Source: a virus
DNA length: 64,000 nt
Strand: one strand, 5' to 3'
Virus record (IMG/VR): IMGVR_UViG_3300042465_004012
Location: 14,000 to 77,999 of that record
In this document: positions 57,182 through 64,000 of the stretch, in pieces
How positions within the stretch are numbered: position 1 is the stretch's first letter
How the letters are laid out: each line of letters begins with the position of its first letter
The notes under the pieces: model-generated
The model's database searches: none
Told to the model about the DNA's origin: nothing
The model's input: only the letters and a program-made list of their open reading frames with translations
Program-made: the position numbers and the translations under genes

Positions 57182-59368
57182 CTACCGCTTGCCCTTCTTG
57201 GGCAGATGACCTGCCACAAGATTGGCGAAGCGATTCAAGAACACTCGACTGACCATACGATTGGTCATGCTCTTGATGAAAGTATTGCGAATCTTGGTAA
57301 GTGTTCCGACCAATTCAGGCAGGACATCGGAAGCAGGGCGCAAAGGACGGACGATGTAATACTCATGGAAACCGGGAGTCAACTCAGGAAGAGCAGGGTA
57401 GAAGTTGTCCGTGTTGTACTCACGATTGACATCCGACACTTCTGACTTCTGTGCTTCCGCATACTCCTTGCGAGTCATGTTGCTTGGGTAGACCTGTTTC
57501 GGATTACGAATCAATTTCGTAAACAGCGATGCACCCACGCCCGTCATGCCACCGATGGAGAACCCGATGGTAGTAACACCCATTCTCTGCATCTCCGATG
57601 CCATGAAGTATTGCAACTGAAGCCCAAGGCTGTCCACGCCCGTGCGAGTGTCCGATGGTATGGTGACCGTCCGACCTGTTGCCATGTGCTGAATACGCAA
57701 TCCCTTGACTGCATTGTATGACCTTTTGCCTGAAATACTCTGATGATTCGGCTCACCATCCGTGACCATGATCAGCGAAGTGATCTGCGATCCGGTCTTG
57801 GCGATGAACTTCGGCAGGAAGTCGTGCAGAATCATCATGGCTTCCACCGTAGGCGTTCCACCCATGTGCAATGCTGACGGAATCACTTCGTTGATGGCAT
57901 AGGTGTAGTCCTTGCGGTTGCTGCTTGAACCACCTGCCAACCACAGCAATTTTTCCATCTCCTTCTGCTCTGCATCCGTCATGGTGCTGCTGAGAACCTG
58001 CACCAAATTGGTATGCACAAAGTTTAGGGAATCCTTCTCATCCTTTGCATTACCAAAGGTGGAATGACGAGAAGGGTGGTTTGGATAAATCTTTTTGTAA
58101 ATCTCTGCCTTCTCTGCTTCCAAACGAGCAGTCTCCACAGCACCGGGAATCCTCTGTGTCTTGTCCTGACAATCGGTGTACAGGAACACTTCGTATGGAA
58201 TCTTGACCTTACGGCAGAAGCCAACGAGCAGCAGAGTCTGACGAATCACATTGTCTGAACAGCATGACATACTGCCCGACCAATCAATAAGGAAGACCAT
58301 GCCGTGCTTCTTGCCCTCAAACTTCACAAGGTTGCGAAGGAAGATATCGTCATGGGTACGGTACTGATGCAGACGATCCGGATTGAGGTTTCCGCTCTCC
58401 TTCATGCGCTCATTACGAATCTCTGCTGCTGCCTTACGGCGTTCAAACTGAGCAGCCAATTCCTTGATACTCTTGTCCACTTCCTTACGGAAGGTTGACA
58501 ATTCAACCTCTGTGGTAGCGATCATGGTCTTGACCTCTGAGATCCAATCCTTGTTCTTGCGTGGATTGTCTTGAAGTCTAATAGTCTTGAAGGCATAGTC
58601 ATCAATGACTTCCTGAAAGCCAACGATGCAAAGCGATGAATCCACCTTGGGCAGCGAGTATGACATATACGGAAAGTCTTCACGCTTTGTGCTGTACTGA
58701 TCTGCATCCGTCAAATCCTTGCCATCACGCATGAACTTCTTGTCCATCAATTCGCCAAGATCATTGGATGGGGATGTATCAGGCTTCTCATCCATCTCCT
58801 CCTTTGCCAACATGAACAGATCGTCCGCGATCTTGACCACTTCGGCATAGGTCTTGACAGTCGATACGCGATCAATGATCTTCTGTTCAGCGGGGCTGAA
58901 GTCAAAGGACATCAGACCGAAGACACCAAACTTGAAGTACAGGTTGATGCGATCAATGATCGACATCGTGCTGACCGGAGTGTCCTTCAGTTCAAAGATG
59001 TCAAGGGCGAGAATCTCCTTGTAGCCTTCAAAGAAGTCACGCCGACAGCCGGGGAACTTCTCCTTGATCATGCGCTCGATACGGGCATCCTCGATGCTGT
59101 TGATACAGGCTTTGTAGCCCTGCGGATGAAGTTTGCGCTCCTTTGCGCTGTCAAGCGAGGCAAGGAACTCCTCAGCGGGAGTGTACAGGGCATGACCGAC
59201 CTCATGGGCGATGATCATATCCTTGAGGGCTTGGGATGTCTTCCAATCCGGAATGGTCAGAGTACGACTCTCCATATCGAATGAAGCGGTAGGGGCTGTG
59301 GTGTCGAGGTTGACGAAGATGTTCTCGCTTGCGAGGGCACGAGCGAACAATGATGTAGAGGTGTTCAT
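57182..59368 (-). CDS. Zn-metallopeptidase-like/VWA protein (CobT-like MoxR partner), leaderless
   Basis: TASFD..R.L.IP.W, AHEVGH, EDARIE, MIDAS DWSGS, GGTP, TDGE; TTGACC-16-TACCAT, ATG 7 nt later. Confidence 0.88.
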   Translation of the reverse strand: MNTSTSLFARALASENIFVNLDTTAPTASFDMESRTLTIPDWKTSQALKDMIIAHEVGHALYTPAEEFLASLDSAKERKLHPQGYKACINSIEDARIERMIKEKFPGCRRDFFEGYKEILALDIFELKDTPVSTMSIIDRINLYFKFGVFGLMSFDFSPAEQKIIDRVSTVKTYAEVVKIADDLFMLAKEEMDEKPDTSPSNDLGELMDKKFMRDGKDLTDADQYSTKREDFPYMSYSLPKVDSSLCIVGFQEVIDDYAFKTIRLQDNPRKNKDWISEVKTMIATTEVELSTFRKEVDKSIKELAAQFERRKAAAEIRNERMKESGNLNPDRLHQYRTHDDIFLRNLVKFEGKKHGMVFLIDWSGSMSCCSDNVIRQTLLLVGFCRKVKIPYEVFLYTDCQDKTQRIPGAVETARLEAEKAEIYKKIYPNHPSRHSTFGNAKDEKDSLNFVHTNLVQVLSSTMTDAEQKEMEKLLWLAGGSSSNRKDYTYAINEVIPSALHMGGTPTVEAMMILHDFLPKFIAKTGSQITSLIMVTDGEPNHQSISGKRSYNAVKGLRIQHMATGRTVTIPSDTRTGVDSLGLQLQYFMASEMQRMGVTTIGFSIGGMTGVGASLFTKLIRNPKQVYPSNMTRKEYAEAQKSEVSDVNREYNTDNFYPALPELTPGFHEYYIVRPLRPASDVLPELVGTLTKIRNTFIKSMTNRMVSRVFLNRFANLVAGHLPKKGKR

Positions 59369-59405
59369 GTTGTTTATGGTATCAGAATTGGAATGCGGGT
59401 CAAGA

Positions 59406-59443
59406 GGGGAGAGCAGAAAATTATGATAATTTCTACTCTCCCC
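59406..59443. promoter_or_regulatory. Inverted repeat abutting the -35 of the VWA promoter
   Basis: GGGGAGAG-C-AGAAAATTAT-G-ATAATTTCT-A-CTCTCCCC. Confidence 0.6.
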
Positions 59444-59461
59444 ACCGCGAAGCAAAAGGGA

Positions 59462-59740
59462 TCAGACGGAGGCTGCGGTACTGGCAGCGATCAGGGTTGC
59501 CATATCGTACATCTTGGCACCTCGTGAGAAGTTGGTGATGTCCGTAGCGCAATCCTTCAGTACCCATGTTGGAACGCCCTTCATGCCAATCTTGTTGGCG
59601 ATGGCAAGCAGTTCCCACTTCTCGAACAGGTAACTCGCGGGCTCGTTGCGGGCGATACGACCCGGACTAGTGGGGCGATTGTTCTCCGCGAAGAACTTTG
59701 CGGCTGCGATATAACGATTTCTCTTATTGACATACGGCAT
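59462..59740 (-). CDS. Small protein in the MoxR operon
   Basis: AAGGAG SD; ELLAIA..GMKGVPTWVL.D..SRG..Y. Confidence 0.75.
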   Translation of the reverse strand: MPYVNKRNRYIAAAKFFAENNRPTSPGRIARNEPASYLFEKWELLAIANKIGMKGVPTWVLKDCATDITNFSRGAKMYDMATLIAASTAASV

Positions 59741-59755
59741 GGTAGTGACTCCTTG

Positions 59756-60724
59756 TTAGATACTGACTGTAGTAGGCATGGTGGTTTGCTTAACCACTTC
59801 TTCGATGACCGGGGCAGACGGAACGACCACTGCCTCCGGGATTGGATTGATCGTTGGATCAATCTTGGTGTAAAGATTCCAAAACGCTTCCTGAGTGTCT
59901 CTGTCGAACCGATTCAGGGACAGGCGAACAGCCTTCTCCTTGTCGCGGAACACAGCGTAACCCTTCACGATTCCAAGCAGACGGCGGGTGGAGACGATCT
60001 TGTCCAAGGCACCTTCCGCGTAACCCTTACGAATGGTTTCAGCCCACTTCGTCAGGTAGTTGGCAAAATCGTCATCTCGACAGTTGCGCTCAGACATCAT
60101 CCGAATCACAATGCGAGTCTCGACTGCACGAGGAGCATACTCCTGCTCGTAGGTGTAATCGAACCGATCCAAGAACGCTTCGTTCTGAACTCGTGTTCCA
60201 ACGAACATATCGTCCCCACCACCGTCACCCTTAGTGTTGGCAGTTGCCACAATCATGAACCCCGGAGCAGGGCGCACGAACTCCGAAATCTTCTTGATGA
60301 AGATACCCTTGCCCTCCAAGACTGGCTGCAAGCACATGATGCGCTCAGAGGCAAGATCGACCTCATCCAAGAGGAGAACAGCCCCACGCTTCATTGCTTC
60401 GATGGCAGCACCGTAGACGAACACGGTTGAACCATTGTGAAGACGGAAACCACCAATGAGATCGTCCTCGTCTGTCTCTGCTGTGATGTTGGCACGAATG
60501 CACTCACGATTGGCATTAGCACAGGCTTGCTCAATCATGGTGGTCTTACCATTACCGGACAGCCCGGTAACATACAGAGTGGTGAAGTCGTTGTTGCGGA
60601 CGAACTTCTCGACATCATCGAAGTGACCCCAAGGCACATACGATGGAGTGATGGCGGGGATGAGGCTCCCCTTCTCTCCGGTCAGGTTGCTGTTCATTGC
60701 GAGATTGATCTGTGAGTCTGTCAT
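59756..60724 (-). CDS. MoxR/CobS-like AAA+ ATPase
   Basis: GLSGNGKT, ETDEDDLIGG, LLLDEVD, ATANTKG.G, NEAFLDRF, STRRL; AAGGAA SD. Confidence 0.92.
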   Translation of the reverse strand: MTDSQINLAMNSNLTGEKGSLIPAITPSYVPWGHFDDVEKFVRNNDFTTLYVTGLSGNGKTTMIEQACANANRECIRANITAETDEDDLIGGFRLHNGSTVFVYGAAIEAMKRGAVLLLDEVDLASERIMCLQPVLEGKGIFIKKISEFVRPAPGFMIVATANTKGDGGGDDMFVGTRVQNEAFLDRFDYTYEQEYAPRAVETRIVIRMMSERNCRDDDFANYLTKWAETIRKGYAEGALDKIVSTRRLLGIVKGYAVFRDKEKAVRLSLNRFDRDTQEAFWNLYTKIDPTINPIPEAVVVPSAPVIEEVVKQTTMPTTVSI

Positions 60725-60867
60725 ACGGTTCCTTCTGTTGCTTCGGCACAAGGACGATCCTCGTGATGTGTATATGGTAACCGAACTTGCACAAGATTGC
60801 TAGTCAATACCTCGCATTTTTTTCAAGATTGATAAAAAAATATATTTGAAATCCGAGGAGATTTTTC

Positions 60868-61002
60868 TTGACATCTGTGTGCTTTGTGGTATAATGCGCC
60901 ATCCTGGCCTATCGGCGTTGCTTCGCAACAATTTTAGCCGATAGTACGTCCGATAATAAAAATTAATAATAAATTAATATAAAATAATTTTAAATAAAAT
61001 AA
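60868..61002 (+). other. CCGATAG-box cassette, copy B: sigma70 promoter, hairpin, 50-nt pure A/T tract
   Basis: TTGACA-16-TATAAT; CTATCGGC-GTTGCTTCGCAAC-aatttta-GCCGATAG-TACGTCCGATAAT; no ORF. Confidence 0.75.
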
Positions 61003-61032
61003 CCCCACACCGACTCTGACTTCGGTGTGGGG
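61003..61032 (-). terminator. Intrinsic terminator of the tRNA-containing early operon
   Basis: CCCCACACCGA-ctctgact-TCGGTGTGGGG, T-rich on the - strand. Confidence 0.85.
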
Positions 61033-61054
61033 GGAAAGCGGGAGTTGAACAACC

Positions 61055-61318
61055 TTACGAAGGGTATTCGTTAATGCAGCACTGACTCTTGTCGCATTGA
61101 TCTCTCATACGAACAATGGTGTTCTCAATCCGTGTAAAGCGTTTGTCGTGGTTAATGTGGACTTGTTCCAATTCACGGCTGAGTCCGAGGTCAATTTCCT
61201 CGATGCGTTGAAGCATCTCTGCCCGAAAGTTCTTTGCCATCGACTTAATGTAGTACGCTACGAACACAACAACCATCAACCCTGCCACAAACCATCCAAT
61301 GTTATCTGCTGTCACCAT
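61055..61318 (-). CDS. Single-TM coiled-coil protein
   Basis: AAGGAG SD; N-terminal TM. Confidence 0.7.
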   Translation of the reverse strand: MVTADNIGWFVAGLMVVVFVAYYIKSMAKNFRAEMLQRIEEIDLGLSRELEQVHINHDKRFTRIENTIVRMRDQCDKSQCCINEYPS

Positions 61319-61356
61319 AGTGTCTCCTTTATAAAATTAAGCAAACCAATCACGAA

Positions 61357-61432
61357 TAGAAGGGGCGGGAGTTGCACCCACATATTCGCGCTTATAAGGC
61401 ACGCGCTCTAACTACAATTCAGCCACCCTTCT
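61357..61432 (-). tRNA. tRNA-Ile(TAT), atypical T-loop
   Basis: AGAAGGG/CCCTTCT, CGTGC-CTTATAA-GCGCG, T-arm GTGGG-TGCAACT-CCCGC. Confidence 0.8.
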
Positions 61433-61601
61433 AGATGACACTACTTTTACGGCGAGTGTCCAACCGGGCAACCATAGGCTACCTCTATACGGTTCCTGTC
61501 CCGCTTCACGCTGGTCAGTTATGCCGTCAACCCGAATAAAGTATTATATTGTTTGTGGTGATATGCATTACATTGTATCCTCTCCTTTGTTGAAAGTCAA
61601 G

Positions 61602-61675
61602 CATTCCCGGTTGGATTCGAACCAACGACATACAGATTAGAAATCTGTTACTCTATCCAACTGAGTTACGGGAAT
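61602..61675 (-). tRNA. tRNA-Arg(TCT)
   Basis: ATTCCCG/CGGGAAT, ACAGA-TTTCTAA-TCTGT, GGTTCGAATCC. Confidence 0.93.
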
Positions 61676-61680
61676 AGAGG

Positions 61681-61753
61681 TAGCGCGGGTGGGACTCGAA
61701 CCCACACTTGACAGATTTTAAGTCTGTTGACTCTGCCGTTGGTCTACCGCGCC
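61681..61753 (-). tRNA. tRNA-Leu(TAA) with short variable loop
   Basis: GGCGCGG/CCGCGCT, ACAGA-CTTAAAA-TCTGT, GGTTCGAGTCC. Confidence 0.88.
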
Positions 61754-61758
61754 ACACA

Positions 61759-62022
61759 TTATACCAATTCGTACTCGATTGGTTCCCACTTCTTGATGGT
61801 GGTCAGAATCACGCTTCGCCACTCACCGATGTCAAGATCGTAGATACGCTGAACACCGGGCGAGTCTGCCTTCTTGCCATCCTTCGATGGGTGATCAACC
61901 TTGGGAACCTTCTTGAGATCGGTGGTTCCGTTCAGAGTGCGAGTGGTTCCGTCCTTCTTGCGAAAGACAACCTTGACGATCATGCCGTCACTCAATGCTT
62001 TGGCAAATCCGGTTGATGGCAT
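61759..62022 (-). CDS. WYL_2/Sm-like SH3 barrel protein
   Basis: V.F.KKDGT.R.L..T...YDL..EWRS; GGAGGA SD. Confidence 0.8.
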   Translation of the reverse strand: MPSTGFAKALSDGMIVKVVFRKKDGTTRTLNGTTDLKKVPKVDHPSKDGKKADSPGVQRIYDLDIGEWRSVILTTIKKWEPIEYELV

Positions 62023-62023
62023 C

Positions 62024-62299
62024 TTAGTCCTCCGTGCGGTAGTAGTCGACATCTTCTTGGTGACTGATTTGGTGCGAGATAATGGCTTCCGTGGCTTCTT
62101 CTTCGTCTGCATAGGTTTCGACATTCTCAATTTCTCCGCTAAGATGGTTCTGAAAGATAACAAGGATCTCCTCGTTACCAAGGGTGTACACCGTGGCAAA
62201 CATATCTCCCAAGTCTACTTCGCCCATCTCCCACTTTTCAGCGAGATCAGGGTTTGCGAGAATGTCTTCAGCCAATTCAAACAGGTCGATCTCTTTCAT
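62024..62299 (-). CDS. Highly acidic early protein, leaderless
   Basis: TTGACA(62334-62329)-17-TATCAT(62311-62306), ATG 6 nt later; D/E-rich. Confidence 0.75.
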   Translation of the reverse strand: MKEIDLFELAEDILANPDLAEKWEMGEVDLGDMFATVYTLGNEEILVIFQNHLSGEIENVETYADEEEATEAIISHQISHQEDVDYYRTED

Positions 62300-62330
62300 A
62301 CGAGTATGATATCCGATTTAGGGGTGAATG

Positions 62331-62630
62331 TCAACGAATAATTGGAAAAGTTTTGAAATGTTCGATCAGGGGTTCAAGGTAGTCGAAGTACTCCTCGCTC
62401 AGGTAACTCTCTGCGCCTCGCATCCCAACAGAGACACAACTGACATCTTCAAAGATTGGAAGATTGTCATCACCAAACCTACAGTCAATGCAGAGGTCAC
62501 TACCGCTGTTCAGGATGAAGTAGTAAAACTCACCCACACGCTTCCACGTGTAGTCTCGCTCTCCTTCTGTGTATGTACCCTTGAGCGGAATGTCGTAAAC
62601 GATTTGTGTTGTTTCGTTCTCAGTTTCCAT
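62331..62630 (-). CDS. Acidic hypothetical protein
   Basis: AAGGAG SD. Confidence 0.7.
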   Translation of the reverse strand: METENETTQIVYDIPLKGTYTEGERDYTWKRVGEFYYFILNSGSDLCIDCRFGDDNLPIFEDVSCVSVGMRGAESYLSEEYFDYLEPLIEHFKTFPIIR

Positions 62631-62639
62631 AGTGTCTCC

Positions 62640-62807
62640 TTAGAATCCAATGGCAAATTGATCGTCCTTGTCGAGTTTGGTATGCATTGGGTCAGCCCAA
62701 TGATGAATGTCGTTTGTTGAATCGTAGATGACTACTGGGCGATGAAGTAGATCAGGATCCTTGTCAATTGCTTGCTTGATTGTTTTTAATAGTGTGGCGT
62801 ATGTCAT
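62640..62807 (-). CDS. Hypothetical protein (MTY..L family)
   Basis: AAGGAG SD; ORF-track start lies inside tRNA-Lys. Confidence 0.7.
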   Translation of the reverse strand: MTYATLLKTIKQAIDKDPDLLHRPVVIYDSTNDIHHWADPMHTKLDKDDQFAIGF

Positions 62808-62821
62808 TCTATCTCCTTTAG

Positions 62822-62894
62822 TGGGATCGGTGGGGCTCGAACCCACGACCAAGAAATTAAAAGTTTCCTGCGCTACCAACTGCGCTACGATCCC
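62822..62894 (-). tRNA. tRNA-Lys(TTT)
   Basis: GGGATCG/CGATCCC, GGAAA-CTTTTAA-TTTCT, GGTTCGAGCCC. Confidence 0.93.
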
Positions 62895-63048
62895 AAACTT
62901 GGTGACCCTGTTTCAGCCGGGTCACCACCCGCTCACCTGTTTTGTACGGCTCATCAGGATTATGATGGCTACGGTTGCCCCAACAGCAGTCGTAATTTCG
63001 AGCATCTACTGCGCTCTAGTTTAACTGACTTACATTGAGGCTAGTGGT

Positions 63049-63351
63049 TTATACGCCCTCCAACATGATTGCCAACTGACCCAATGCCATCAGGTTGATG
63101 ATCAACGCCTTCTCAACCGGAGTGAACATATCCGGAGTGTTGTCATCCATCAACTTGTGAAGAGAGCGCATAATCAGTTCGCGGCATTCCGCATCCTGAT
63201 ACCAAACCATGCCACTCTCGTCCACGGCTGACAGAACTGCGTACTGAACTGATGCGAGGATCTCGCTGATCTGCGGCTTCCTGTTGCTCTGTGCTGCTGC
63301 CAAGATTGTCGATTGCAGTTGTGCAATCTCGCTGTCACTTAGAATCGCCAT
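63049..63351 (-). CDS. Hypothetical helical protein
   Basis: AAGGAG SD. Confidence 0.7.
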   Translation of the reverse strand: MAILSDSEIAQLQSTILAAAQSNRKPQISEILASVQYAVLSAVDESGMVWYQDAECRELIMRSLHKLMDDNTPDMFTPVEKALIINLMALGQLAIMLEGV

Positions 63352-63360
63352 GGTGTCTCC

Positions 63361-63501
63361 TTAGTCGTTGTCGAGGTTATCAATCAGGGATTCAATCTCA
63401 TCGTCTACGGGTTCCCAACGCCCCTGTAGACAGGCTTCATCTTCCATGCTGTCTTCGTCTTCATCGTCATTCCAATCCATGTCTATGTTCTTGATCTTCA
63501 T
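63361..63501 (-). CDS. 46-aa extremely acidic peptide, leaderless (not in ORF track)
   Basis: MKIKNIDMDWNDDEDEDSMEDEACLQGRWEPVDDEIESLIDNLDND; TTGAAC-17-TACCAT, ATG 6 nt later. Confidence 0.7.
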   Translation of the reverse strand: MKIKNIDMDWNDDEDEDSMEDEACLQGRWEPVDDEIESLIDNLDND

Positions 63502-63561
63502 GTCGGTATGGTATCCTATGTAAGAGGTTTGTTCAACAACAATATCAAAACTTTGTAAGAT

Positions 63562-63834
63562 TTATCCACGGTTCAGGTAGCGTTCGTAAGACGAATCATC
63601 CATCGATTCACCTGTACCGCTGTAGTAGCGGTCATCGTCACCTTCGCGCACAGCCGATTCATCTTCGTCGTGGCAGGCGCGACCTGCATCACAGGCACCT
63701 TCGCATGACTCCTTTAAGTCCGCATCGCGGTCTGCGGCTTCAATGCAGCCGGGGCAAAGCCCGTCTACGTATTGATCCATGCTAGTGCAGGTGCAGGGCA
63801 GTTCATCGGCGGGGGTTGTAGGGGTGATGTCCAT
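63562..63834 (-). CDS. Acidic Cys-rich early protein, leaderless
   Basis: TTGACT(63868-63863)-16-TACCAT(63846-63841), ATG 6 nt later; CxC..CxxC. Confidence 0.7.
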   Translation of the reverse strand: MDITPTTPADELPCTCTSMDQYVDGLCPGCIEAADRDADLKESCEGACDAGRACHDEDESAVREGDDDRYYSGTGESMDDSSYERYLNRG

Positions 63835-63924
63835 GCGAGTATGGTAACACAATTGAAAGTAGAGTCAATACTATTCTTCAATATTCGATCAAAAAGATTT
63901 TCTGTAAATCTTGGCGGAATTGTC

Positions 63925-64000
63925 TTGACATCCAAACTTAAGTGGGTATACTCCCATCCCTCGCGTCCTATCGGCGTTGCTTCGCAACATTATAGCCGAT
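63925..64000 (+). other. CCGATAG-box cassette, copy C (cut by window end)
   Basis: TTGACA-16-TATACT; CTATCGGC-GTTGCTTCGCAAC-attata-GCCGAT. Confidence 0.75.

Noticed and set aside
59756-60724. Cobalamin biosynthesis (cobS/cobT) role, tempting given the B12-dependent RNR
   Set aside because: Phage MoxR/VWA pairs are widespread chaperone-like modules; no CobN or other cob genes are present
61433-61520. c-di-GMP-II riboswitch resemblance (GTGAAG, TGGACACT, AGTAGTGT)
   Set aside because: Kink-turn partner strand and P1/P2 are not evident; needs cmscan before any claim
61357-62894. tRNA-associated HDV-like (theta) ribozymes
   Set aside because: Sequences 3' of each tRNA are short spacers or SD regions without an HDV fold
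62900-62960. Hammerhead-like CTGATGA...GAAAC on the - strand
   Set aside because: Extra T before GAAA, no convincing stems I/III, and GAAA lies in a competing strong hairpin
57176-63494. + strand ORFs such as 59753..60430 and 61901..62341
   Set aside because: Antisense shadows of well-supported - strand genes in GC-richer DNA
1-64000. Stop-codon reassignment
   Set aside because: Core genes are intact in the standard code, TAA/TGA/TAG all end genes, and no suppressor tRNA was found

Overview
64 kb of a large T4-like (Tevenvirinae/Kyanoviridae-style) myophage genome. Two sequence motifs tentatively point to a Planctomycetota (Phycisphaerae-like) host. 0-17.6 kb: late block of glycosyltransferase, collagen-like, LamG and other fibre/adhesin genes, plus a methyltransferase. 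17.6-32 kb: dUTPase, a reverse-strand late lysis-like cassette, the replication core (gp43, UvsX, gp41, gp61), ThyX, class II RNR, tRNA-Asn, RuvC-like and HNH nucleases. 32-56 kb: many + strand late genes with T4 capsid-targeting-like N-termini, interleaved with small - strand sigma70-driven genes. 56-64 kb: a GC-richer early region with a MoxR/VWA operon, four tRNAs, very acidic small proteins, and a three-copy promoter/hairpin/CCGATAG-box/AT-rich cassette. Main observations: (1) that repeated non-coding cassette; (2) at least 13 leaderless sigma70 promoter-ATG units; (3) back-to-back promoters with a recurring 3-nt gap; (4) an early/late codon split with tRNAs for A-ending codons, including tRNA-Ile(UAU); (5) near-total AGCT avoidance in the last 11 kb; (6) host-like PEP-CTERM and dockerin-like motifs. 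All family calls come from motif recognition by eye. No database searches were run, and all counts are by hand.
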